A DNA stretch of 64,000 nt from Tubulanus polymorphus. Its lineage: Eukaryota; Animalia; Nemertea. A program made the translations under genes and the position numbers. The notes beneath the pieces were generated by a model, which saw only the letters and a list, made by a program, of their open reading frames with translations, was not told where the DNA came from and made no database searches. Each line of letters opens with the position of its first letter. The first letter of the stretch is position 1. Positions 50,731 to 63,300 of this stretch are shown in pieces. Where the stretch lies: the NCBI RefSeq assembly GCF_964204645.1, contig NC_134031.1, positions 14,991,807 through 15,055,806 of the forward strand, read 5' to 3'.

Positions 50731-51352
50731 AACAACAACCTGACAAATCAGAGAAAAGTATCCACCTTAGAAACTGATTTTACTGATTGATGATAAAATA
50801 GATTATTGAATTGAGGAGGGGTGTGATGGAGTGGGAGGGACTGGCCGGACCAGGGTGGAACAATGGATTATGGAAACATTAATCATTTTGAGACCAGTTT
50901 TAGGCTAAAATCAAACGATTTTTACCAATACTCTATCATCTAAAATAATGTTATTAGGGAAAACCGCGCCCTTTTGATTGTTAATTCATTGAAATATTCG
51001 TTGAACAACGAAAATGCGATAATTTTACAAAAACCCGACGCCGAGTCATACTGCGGCAAGCGAGGCTCGGATGGGACATTTTAAGTTCAGGTTCGCCGTT
51101 AACGGGGTTCCCGGGCTCGAATCGGGCTCAATCTGGTCTCATTGGAAAGCCTAATTCCGTCTATACCTAGTTTAACTTACATCGGCGGTAAATACAATCC
51201 GGGAAGGGAGTATTAGTAACGTATAAGACGCTGTCCTGTCTGAGGCGAGGGCGAGAGTAAGTCCCGCTAGACGGCGCTGTACTGACTCGTCGAGTCGCGT
51301 GGCTGATGCAGTTAGAAGATAGAGAGGAGAATAGACAGAATTAGACAGCAAG

Positions 51353-54300
51353 ATGAAGTCAAAAACGCCGACAGCGTGAGTGTAGAGACTGTCTATTACA
51401 AACAGTATTAATTAAATTGTTAATTGAACATCGTTGATTGATGAAGGGCGCGAAAACAGCGAGAGAATAGAGACATCTGTCGGCCTCTGTGTGATGTGAT
51501 ACGCTCCCTCCTCGCCCCTCCTTTTCCTCCCCCGCCGATCTAATCTCCCCGCCCTGTACGAGACTGGTTTTAAAAACTCCCTTCTGCTTAAGTTGTTACC
51601 TCGAATATCATAGATATATTTTGATATTGTGAACTGTGTGTCTCAGACATGTTCCCATTCAGGCTGCTCCCCTTTTTTTGGCTGAGCTATCTCTCTTGAG
51701 CCGGAGTCTGTTTGTCTGTTTAGGGTCAGTTCATAGTTCTGAATATTGTTAAGAATCCCCACTCTGCTATTTTTCAAGAACATTTCAAAGCGACCCAAGA
51801 TATTTCTCCAATTCTATTCATTTACAATAAAACTGCGATATAGCCTATTTGTGAAGGCAGTGGATATTTTGCCAATTCGGCATTATTCCTGTAAACGCAA
51901 TTTGGCCAATGGCGTGTTCTGATTGGCTAATTGACACCGCACAGGGGCATTGAGGTGGGCAACTTAGAAAATTTAAGGAAAGTGTCGAGAACAGAGTTAA
52001 AGAAAGAAAATAGGAGCATGGAGCGGGATTCGAACTCGGACCAGCAGATTGCTAGCCTAACGTACTGGGCTCACAGGTTTTCACTACGTAGCCTATACCC
52101 TGACCTTACCCTAATCTTAGCCCTAGGGGTAAAAACGGACCCTAAACCTCACCCTTACCTAATCCTAACCCTCGAAACCCTAACCCTAAACCATATAAAG
52201 TTTTAATGATTTTATTGCATTTGCAAAATATCCACTGCCATATTTGAACTGAGTGCGATGAACTTTTTCGTTGCGATAAATTCTGAGAATTAATGACCGT
52301 GAACTTGAATTTAAGATTTTTCAAATAAAAACTTCGTTATTCCCAATAATTTATCGCATTGCACGGCAAAATATTCCACAAATAAAGAAGAGTTCATATT
52401 TCGAAAATATTCCAGTTCGAATTTTTAAGAATATCACAAATATAAAGTTAATTAATTCTAAGAATTTTTCGTTACAAAAGAGTTTATTGCACAGCTTAAA
52501 TATATTGCAGTTTTATTGAAATCTTACCTTGAAATTATCTTGAAAAATTGTCGAATTGGGATTTTTTGCCTTCTCTGAAGATTTGGGGATTTTAACCTAC
52601 AACCATTTTTGCCTCTTTTGAAGAATTGGGGATTTTTACTGCTGATTCTTTACTACTAACCCATCTCTCTTCCTCCCTCAACCTCTTCCCCTCCAAAAAA
52701 GGAAACGCCTGGAAAAAATGTCCGATAAGATAGAAACAAATGTCTCATTACATATTTAGTTAATTTCACATCAAAATAACACCAGGGAACAAACTTGTTA
52801 ATAGTGTAAATTGCACACTAACCATAAAAAAAGAATTCATTGAGTGACCATGAGAATTATAGGCCTGGAATGTTGGCATAAATTGAATTTTCCTATTGAG
52901 AACAGTTGAACTCATTACATGATTCTTCAAATTCAAGATGTTACATTTATACTACAAATAATTAAATCAAAGAAGAGCCATTATTTGTTATCAAATGTTA
53001 GAATTGTTATCAAAATGTATCAGCAAGTTTGGTCTCTGGTGTTATTGTAATGTGAAATTAACTACATTACCAAGTTAGTAATGATAGACTGGGACATTTT
53101 TTCCGGAGACACTTTTTCCCTGGGACACTTTTTCCAGGAATATATTTTCCGGGACATTTTTACCATATACCCCTTACCCCTTTCTCCCTATGAAATTAAC
53201 GCGGTTGTTATATTTTAAGTTTGGGTGATATGAGCGTTGATGAATTTATGAATAATGGATTCGGTGGGACAGACTCTAGTGAAGATGACGACCAGTCCGA
53301 CGATGGACCACCACCGGCGGCGGCGGTATCTGTAACCGGGGCAAAAAAACGCAAAAATCAAAACGATATCCCAGATTCCAGTAGGAAAAAGAAAAAGAAG
53401 AACAAAGCAGCGGAAGAAGAGTAAGAATTTCCGTCTCCTCCAGGAAATTAGATAAAAAGATTTAGGCCTATTTCAGAATCAGATGTTTCATCGAAACCCC
53501 TTGAGATATTGAATAGATATTCATAGCCCAAATTGCCCCCCCTTGCTGTATTAAATTATTTAAGAAACAGAAACGATTCATGGCCTTGAAAATAATAAAT
53601 AGAAGCATTATAATAATAAGTAAGATAATTATTATAATTATTATCTGTTGAGATTATGTTTGTATCATAATATTTATATTCTCTAGACCCCTTAAATATT
53701 AAACAATGGAACTGATCAAAGAGTTTATTCAACAATAAACTCAGCTTGCACTGTCCGGACCCCCACTAGCTAGCCAGGGTGATTGTTTGCGCAAACTGTG
53801 TCTCTTCCCCTGTCTGTGCTGCACTAATCATCTACAGACTGTTACAAATAAAGTATAAAACAATCATAACTCATTGATTTAATGAATAGGGCGGATTATT
53901 AGACTGATCTGAACGCTTGGATTATATGTTAATTTAGAAGTTAGTGTCAGCCGCAGGGGGGCACTAGACTATGTAAGTAAAAGTATACAGTCAGACAGAC
54001 ACACTGGGAGAGGGCGGTGTGAATCTTATTGGTCGGATATTTCTATATTTGGTGCCGCATTGCCGGATTGAGATACAGTTTCACCGCACATGTTGTTTGT
54101 GTATGTTGTAGCGATGCTCTGCCGTCCGTTTCGGGACACAAAGCTCAACTTGAACGCCTCAAAGATAAAGATCCGGAATTTTATCAGTTTCTACAAACTC
54201 AAAACAAGGATCTGTTGAAATTCGGCGAGTCTGACGACGATGACAGCGGCGGCAGTGATGTCGACGATAAGGGGAATGATGAAGGGATCGATGATAGTAC

Positions 54301-57300
54301 CAGTAGCGAAGATGAAAGTGAAGAGGAAGGATACAGACCTCCCGATAAACTTGAAGTAAGTTTGATAGAGAGAATCCCGCATTAATACGAGAAAGTTGAC
54401 ATACAAAAGTTTCCTTTTAGCTGATAATTTATTTATTAATTCGAAATTTCGATCAAAACCTAATTTAGTGGAGCCTCGTTACAACGAACTCAAAATGGAT
54501 ATTACAAATATAGAATTTTGTCCCAAGTAAGATAATTTGATTAATTTCATACTGGATATAACAAACTATCGGTCATAACGAACATATTTCCTGGTCCCGT
54601 GAATTTCGCTGTAACAAGGTTCCGCTGTCAATTTCAGGAATACTAATTTTAACAAAATTATGAATTAATTGTTATGACACGCACATAGTGTTTCATCAAT
54701 GGTTATTCAAGTATGTAATTTTTAAAAGTTTGGCCCAGTTCAGTTACGCAGTTCAACACTGATCATAAATTTTGATTCTGATTTCTGAAGCTGCGAATGG
54801 TATTAGACTGAGAGTTCTTCATTAAAAACTCTCTGAAAGAGTAAATTGAAAATTAGAATTATCTTCAATCTAAAAATTTGGTTTTCCCTTTTCAATGACT
54901 CGAATTCTTAATACTTCTATGTTTAACTGTTGCACAGGTTGCTAGCGACAGCGAGGGTAGCACTACAGATGAGGACGAAGGAGCGGACTCGGAACAAAAA
55001 CGCAAGAAAAAGAAATCCGGCGGTAAAACGTTGATCACGCTGAAAATGTTGAAAGAATGGACAAAAAATCTGCGGGTAAGAAAAAAAAGATATCCTTGTA
55101 TATATATCTACATCATTGATTTTTTTACTGAGTTGCTCGCGTGTAGTGCTGAAAAACGGCTTTTGCGGCCCGTAACGGGGCGCCGCCTACATTGTTTTTC
55201 TTATGCAAATGAATAGATGATGAGCATCTTGACTCGTCTTGGAACTAGCGGTGTGTTAACTGTAAATCATCGGATGAGGTTGTTTAATTCTCCGAGTGAA
55301 ATTTCAATGTTAAAACTGCTGAAAAACGATCTGAAAAATCAGAATTTTCTGGGGGAGGACCCCCAGACCCCCTTTTATTCTGGCAGCTGACGCTGCCAGT
55401 AACTTCACGCCTACGGCATTCGTTATTTCTAAGTTAATATGAGATTTAAAATTTTCCGCCTTTTTAATGATGCCCTGTTATCATCCCTGTAAATTTTAGA
55501 TGAAAAATTGTTGCAATTTTTTTTTGTAGGAGCAAAAAACGATTGCTTCGATTCATAATTTAGTTCAAGCGTTAAAAGCAGCCGTTCAGAGTATCGCGGC
55601 TAAAAGTGAGGAGGACGTAGAGGAGGCGCCTATTAACTTTAAAGTAGAGGGCAGCACAGGTAAGGAATTTTGAATTTAGTATCTCGGGTGTCTTGATGAG
55701 TCTGATACATCAGAAACTGCCGTTTAGATATTCAAATGGCTGTTGAATTGATGGATCACTCGGAAGTAAAGATATTGTAACCTTTAACTTGGAAAAGTCA
55801 AAGAATTAGAAAAATCTAGAAAAATTTCAGGAAAAACGCTTTCAACAACAATTCTTACCAAAAAACCTGGAAAATACTATGCTATCGGGCGCTTGTTTCC
55901 TTATCAGCAAGTGATTCACTGAAAAATGAATAGATTGTAACATTTTAAACCTAGAAATTGTGATTCATTCACTCAGGGAATTTGTGTAAACATGGAAAAA
56001 ATTAGGGAAAACTCTTGAGCCAATTCCGTAGTCAAGACTTACTCCAAAAGTGGTCTTATTGACTATATAAAGATGGTCTTAAACCGGTCTTTTCTGTTAA
56101 CCATGACTATGGAACTGGCCCCAGGGGATTTGTAGATGGGCTGAAAGTGGCTACCCTGAAGAAGTAAGCATAATCCAGAACTAATTGAGGGAGACTAATT
56201 AAGAATGTGATACAAACTAGGTGTAATATACAATATTAAACTAGGGGTAATTAGATGATACAATAATGCGACTGACTTGTATTTATATTTACAGTATTCA
56301 ACGCTATTGTAAGGTTGTGTATGACCGATATGATTCCGACGTTGAACGCCGCGTTGAACGTAAAACAACCGACCGTCCAGAATCGAAACTTCGTTCCGTC
56401 GAATTCATCGCGCTGGAAGAAACTCCGGATCGACGTCCGAGGGTATATTACGGCTATCATCAAGGTATTAACCCCTTCAGTGCTGACTAATCAATACCCA
56501 ATAGTGCTGGAGATGATTTGAACATTTTGAAAAATTCCACCCTAGTGTGTTGAATAACAGGAATACCACAATATTGCGTCTACACCGTGGTGCGGTGTAT
56601 GGTTAGTTACTAATATTTCACTATGTTTGACAGGTGCTGCCATCTTTAATAGAGATAAAGACTAATTACATCAATACAATGCATTGCGGTGTACAAGCAA
56701 AATTCATCACTGATTTATACACTGCACTGCGGTGTAGATGCATTGAAAGGGATAAATCTCGTTACAGAAAACATTTGCTGCTACTGTTTGTGATTCTGCA
56801 GTTCATTGATTAGTTTTACTGTGTTGGAGTGACGACAATGTCAAATACCAAATACTAGAATTTATACATGCCTGATTCTGCTGTCAAATTATACTTGATA
56901 ACTGAAATATGAAAATTAGTTCACTTTCAAATGTCAAAACGGAGAACGGCAGGACCGGATCGTGAACTGTTAATAATGAGGATTGTGAGATATTATTATT
57001 ATGATCATTATATAAAACTTATACAGCGCCTTATTCCAATGATCATGCTCTACGGTGTTTTACAGAAAGTAAAAGCAGTACAATTGAGATACAATATATA
57101 GCACATGATATAGTGCAGTGCAGCATCAGTAAAAGACTACAGCAATTAGGTTGTTTGTCTAAAAAGGTGATGATCAGTCGACTGTAAGATTGTATTGTAT
57201 TTCCAGTTATTATCCGATGTCGCCGAGGTGTCGATCGTTAATGTCGTATTACGACATGTTTATCAGTTGATTCCGTACGTTGCTTGTTTTCCGAAAAGTT

Positions 57301-60300
57301 CCAAATCCATGTTAAAGGTGAGCGAATGACGAAACTCGAGAAGTAAATTACGATTTAATTTCGACGTTGATTTGAAATTGTTATATTTCTATATTTTCTC
57401 ACAGCATTTGATTACGACGTGGAGTACCGCTGATGAGACCAGCCGTGTTTTAGCTTTTCTCTGTTTAATGCGATTAGCTCGGACACAGGCAGCCGATAAT
57501 CTGACGAATTTCATGAAAGTAAGTTCACTATAGCAAGTTTTAAGTTAATCTTCTAGATTAGATGGGAAAGAACAGGGCCTGTTCCGTGCTAATAATTATT
57601 GGTATGAAAATCAGGGGCTGGTTGCTGGAGTTAACCAGTCGTGGATAATGACAGTTAAAAGTTCATCGTTACTTTGGTACCAGGCTATTTATCTGTAACC
57701 CTGTTATCTGTAAAATAAATAATGTGAAAATCGGGCCCCATTTCAAAGTTGTGGGTTAAATTTGACTATTCCGCTATTCGAAAATTCAAGATATTGAAAA
57801 ATAGGACTGATTTAACTGAGGTACTGTGATTGAAACTGGGTGCCGAATTTAGAATTATCCAGAGTTGCTGTTAAAAGCAGGCTGAATTTTGATCGTAATT
57901 AAGGGGGAACTGTTGTCAAAAAATTATAATTGGCCATTCATTCTATTCTTGTTGTTGTTTAGCATAACACTAGTTGAAATTTCCAATTCTCCCTGATTAA
58001 CTTGTATACAACGATTTTGATACTGTTATCAGCAGAATTTACGGCAGATGAGAGCCGCCATATTTAATTGAATTCCAAAGTGAGGCATGTAAACATTGAT
58101 GACGTATCCTGGCCCATCACACACAAATAGATACACTCATTGAAGATCTCAGTTGAAAAATTGCGATTAAAATACTCCTGCTGAGCTGCCAGCGGGGTCT
58201 TTACTTTTATTTATCCACTTACTGTGTGAAACATATCCAAATAATTGCATAATAATTGCAAATAATTGTGTGGCATATTGCTGCAGTTTAGAACTGTTAT
58301 TGGACTGTGATGAAAACACAATGAATAGCAGCAGTAACATGTATCGAAGTGGGCCGAACTACGTCACAGCTGAGAGAAAAGGTGTCTGCTACGTGGAGAA
58401 AATGGCGACGGCCAGGCACTCTCTACGAAACCCACTTTTTTGGATAAAGTATTAGATGAAATGTTTTCTGCTGTTTTGAAAATGTATTTATAAAGGTTTC
58501 TAACACATAGATACAAACAATTTTTCACTGCAGTTCCCCTTTAACATGTGAATATCTTCTCGTTTCAGCAAATGTATATGTCATTCGTAAAGAATTGTAA
58601 ATTCACTTCACCTACGTCACTACCGCAGATCAACTTCATGCAACGATCTCTCGTTGAAGTATTTTCATTGGATATCGATTCGGCCTATCAACTGGCGTTC
58701 GTGTATATCAGGCAATTAGCTATACACCTACGTAACGCTATCAACACTAAGAAAAAGGTCAGTGTGAACAATAGTCGAGTTTTTTAAGAGTTTAAAAAAA
58801 TTTTTGACCCCGGCCCTGTTCCACAGTCATGAGTTAACTAATGTACAACTGTGGAACTGGATACCTGAGTCCAATGTTTAAATCTAGAGTGAGTCAAATA
58901 TGAACGGAGAATGATTGTGAAAATTTTTCATTGAGCTAGCGATAGCTGTTATTTCAATGAATTAGTCATCCTCTCTGATTGAACCTATTTTCGTGCTGGA
59001 TGCTTGAGTGACTCAGTTTGCTAAGAATCCTTGTCATTTTTCCATCGAGCCGTTTGTCTATATAATGAAGCTGGACGGAAGATTGATAAGGGCTTTTGGT
59101 CGGCAACTACTTCACCTCTCCGCGCGGTGACCTTGTAAAAACGATGTCGGTTGTGTTTTGTATCCTTGTCACTTTTTCGTCGTGTTCTAAATTCATGAAA
59201 CGACAGGACGGAAGACTGATAAGGGTTCAATCTCAATACTATTCACCGATTGGTTGATATTGATTTGAAATGTTCAACGTTTTTACCCTTATGACTTTTT
59301 CATCCCGCGTGTTGAATTCAAAAGCTGGACGGAAAACTGATAAGGGCAGAAAATGAACTAACTTCTACCACCCTTCCTGGCTTTTGCCGAGTTTAACAGA
59401 AATCTGAAATCTGACATCCGTTCTAGTCCTTAAATACTCTAATAAACACTCTAAGATTGGTGCAACTGATTCCTTTGTCATAGAACAAAGTTAGGCTGGT
59501 GTTGTCTTGATTGAAATGTGAAGCTCAGCTCTAGGTACTGGGGTTAAGAGAGCTGTCTATGATCAATCCTTATCAACTTCTCGTCGAGTTTGAAATCGTT
59601 ACTGGACGGAAGTCTGATAAGGTCTGATTGTATCGACTCGACCAGCAGACGGACGTGGCTGCAGTGGCTCCCTCTTTACCGACAGATGGACATGGCTGCA
59701 GTGGCTCCCTCTATACCGACAGATGGACATGGCTGCAGTGGCTCCATCTATACCAACAGACAGACTGCAGTGACTGTATCCATAAGAAGATGGACATGGC
59801 TCCCTCTATACTGACAAACAGACATGGCTGTAGTGGATCCATCTTCACTGACGACACAGAATTGGCACAATCTACCGCTGTAAACGGATACTAAATGCTA
59901 TGAACCCTTGTCAACTTCACGTCGAGTTTGAAATCAATACTGGACGGAAGTTTGATAAGGGCTTGTGGTTGTAACTGGCAACAGGAACTGTAAACATTGT
60001 TGAATGTGATGGATTTCTGGTCCTTGTCACTTTTTCGTCGAGTTTAAGAAAAGAAAAAACGACTGGACGGAAAACTGATAAGGGCTGGAGTTCATTTACC
60101 CGACAGAGATGAGAGAGGCCCCCCATTTCGTTCAATCTAGAGATCTTTCTTCTGACAAGTTTCTTCTATATGAACCCAAAGCTTGCCAAGTTTTGACTGT
60201 TTGAGGCTGTAGATTGATAATGAAATCTGTGATGTTTTAATGTTGTGTTTTGTTGTTGTAGGAATCGATTCAAGCTGTTTATAACTGGCAGTTTATTCAT

Positions 60301-63300
60301 TGTATAAATTTCTGGACGAGATTCCTGACGACGTTACACCCGAACGACACGTTAGATCCACTCATCTATCCACTTACACAGACGATCATTGGAACGATCA
60401 AGTAAGTGTCCTACACCCTGTGCTACTTGTGGCATTCGAGGATTCCACATGTTGCAGGCGAGGGTCCACCTAGTGTCGCCAGTCGATTGTCAGTCGTCCG
60501 TGTTCGATTTCTTCTACTATTCAATTAAATCCTGATGGACTTTTCTGCATGAATCGATCATTTATGAAAACTATACTGATATCTTAGTTAGAAAAAGGAA
60601 AGCGTCGTATATTTGTTGGGTACTGTGATTATATATGGATTCGGGAGTCAAAAAATTCAGTTCATTGAAATTTGATAACGTAAGACTTATTGCTTGTCAC
60701 ACCATCTACTGGTTTTGCGGGTACCCCACTTATTATACCGATATCTGAGTGAAAAAAAATTTGTTTTTTTCTGTGGTTGCTGTGATAATATATGGATATG
60801 ATTTATGGACCTATTGTTATCATCTGGTGGGAGAGACCCCGGAGTTGCGAGTTCCCCATCGGTTTTGATTGAGCTTTAATTGCTTGTAATGGCAGCGAAT
60901 ATTACAAGAACTAAAAACTGTCATCTGAAGTCGGAGATCTGACGGTGGTTATTATGGTCCCTTATCAACTTCTCGTCGAGTGTGATTGATTGAAGTAACT
61001 GGACGGAAGTTTGATAAGGGCTCACAATAATCCTAAACACAACTTGCCTGCATAAACCTCTCGTCTGCTAATAACGCCAGAATCTCGATGTATTAACTTC
61101 GGCAGCCAATGAAGTTACCCCCAATCAGTCACCAGCTGTTTCAGAGTGGTTGAGAAATTGTTTGAATGAACCGGAACAAAATTTCCCAATTATGTACTTT
61201 GATTTAAACAAAAAATGCTGTAATTTCGACTGCCGATCACAAAGCTATATCTGTACTTCAATTTCCAATTTCAAAATCAAACTCCTTGTTTTGCTCCCGG
61301 CAGGTGTGGTGGGTTTGTGAGGGACACCGAATCAAAAATCAAGCGAAGTCTACCAATTGAATAGATAACAGGGTCAATCCCTATTTCAAGATCCAAATAA
61401 AAAATGAAAAAATAAGAACATTGTGTTTTATAGGTTGGTGCCCGCTGCTAAATACTACCCGCTGAGATTTCATTGCATCCGAACTTTAAACACAATATCG
61501 GATAAGACGAGATTCTACATCCCGGTCCTGCCGCATATACTAGAGGTACGTACTACTCCTGAGTCGACCTCCACCAGGTGGTGCCAGTAGGACTCGTTAA
61601 TTAAATTTGATGATTATTTTACAGGTTTTTGAATTGAGCGATTTCAACAAGAAGCACACTAAAGCCAGTTTGAAAACGTTTAACTTCGACTGCGTGCTGA
61701 AACTGTCCAAAACTCAACTACAAGAAAAAAAATTCAAAGTAAGTTGAAAAAAAAATCAGGGGCTGCAGTTGCTCGAAAGTTGGTTAGAGTAAACCAGTGG
61801 ATAGTTTATTCGCATTTATCCGCCGGTTATCTTAAACCAACTTTTCAGCAACTGAACCCGGCTATTTCTGTTTGTTATTCTATAAGCTGAAATCAACCGG
61901 TAGAAGTTGTGGGGAAGATCTGTAATTGTGTAATCTGTATTTGTAGGATTGTGTGATCGAACAAGTTTACGATTTATTGATGGAGCATTTTAACCTACAT
62001 TCACACAGTATCGGTTTCCCTGAATTAGTGTTTCCCGCAGTCTTGCAGGTAAGCCATTAAATAGTGAAATCCAGTCTCCGCTGATTGCTGATTGAAGATT
62101 TTTATGGACTCTCTCGACTTTCACTTGACAATTTTCGTAATGTGGTAATGATGGTAATGATTGAAATTTATATAGCGCAGGTATCCTGACCTTAGTGAGT
62201 TCAGATGCGCTCCAAATTTGGTGTTATCACCCCCAGCCTCATCATACATTTCATGTATCAATCATGGAGAGAGGCAATGAGGATACATATCTTACCCGGG
62301 ATTCGAACCCATGACCTGGCTTCTCACAGTCGAACATTCTAAAACATGTCAATGTCATTGTTACAAAAACCAATACAACTCCACATAGTTGTTCATTATT
62401 ATCTCCTTGCTTAACCCTTTCAGTGCGTCTACACCGCATCACCGCAGTGCGGTGTATGAATCGATGATGGATTTTGCTAGTACACCGCATTGCAGTGTAT
62501 TGATGTAATTAGTTTTTATCTCTATTGAAAGATGGCAGCACCTGTCAAACATAGTGAAATATGAGTAACTAACGATACACTGCGTCGCGGTGTAGACGCA
62601 ATATAGCGGTATTCCCATTATTCAACACACTAGGGTGGAATTTTTCAAATTATCTCCAGCGCTATAGGGTAGTCAGCACTGAAAGGGTTTAGTACCTTTG
62701 TGTAAATTTAAGAGAATACGTCTTAAGAATTTGGTTTGTCGAAATTGTTTTTCAGTTGAAGACGTTCATCAAACAATGCAAAGTCGCTAGTTTTACGAAG
62801 CAGATCAAACAGATCGTCGACAAGGTGCAAGAATCGAGCAAAACGATTCAGCAACGCCGAAAATCCAGTTCGATCGACATCACCGACTCGTCTGCGGTCG
62901 ACAATTGGGAAATCGCGATGAAACAGGAGGGAACGCCGCTCGGTAAATTCTATTCCAGTTGGCGTAAATTGAGAGATCGAGAAAAACAGATGGAAGCAGC
63001 CGGAAAAGACCAGGTAAAACTCGTAATTTACTCGAGCTGGGGATTGATGAGAGGTTTAAAACCAGACTTCTATCATACAGTAGACTGTGTTTACCCCCCT
63101 GAGTCGATTGCCCATCGACAATAAGTTATAAATTTTCCAACTCCTCCAAGATGGCGCAACAAAACGCTGGGTTATATGTTGTGAGCATCAGTTAATTTTC
63201 AATTAAATTTGAACTTGACTTTTAGGCCGCCAAATCTGAAAATTATCTGTACTGTAGATCTGAGGCAACCTCCACAGTCTATTGTAGATCAGAGGCCACA

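Noticed and set aside
52010-52195. tRNA-like B box on the minus strand followed by CCCTAA-like repeats
   Set aside because: No complete cloverleaf; probably a decayed SINE or other repeat, not a tRNA gene or telomere.
55681-55765. Structured segment in a NOC2L intron resembling a hammerhead ribozyme, snoRNA or miRNA hairpin
   Set aside because: Has TTGATGA rather than CTGATGA and lacks correct stem II-GAAA geometry; no convincing C/D or H/ACA boxes; arm matches no miRNA I recognise. An Infernal/Rfam scan would settle it.
58270-58375. GTGATGA..CTGA (C/D-like) and a hairpin ending in ACA
   Set aside because: No terminal stem or recognisable rRNA guide; such short boxes are frequent by chance in AT-rich DNA.
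59029-61021. Repeat-spacer pattern resembling a CRISPR array
   Set aside because: Eukaryotic intron, irregular spacing (121-936 nt), repeats are paired hairpin arms matching miR-184, and there are no cas genes.
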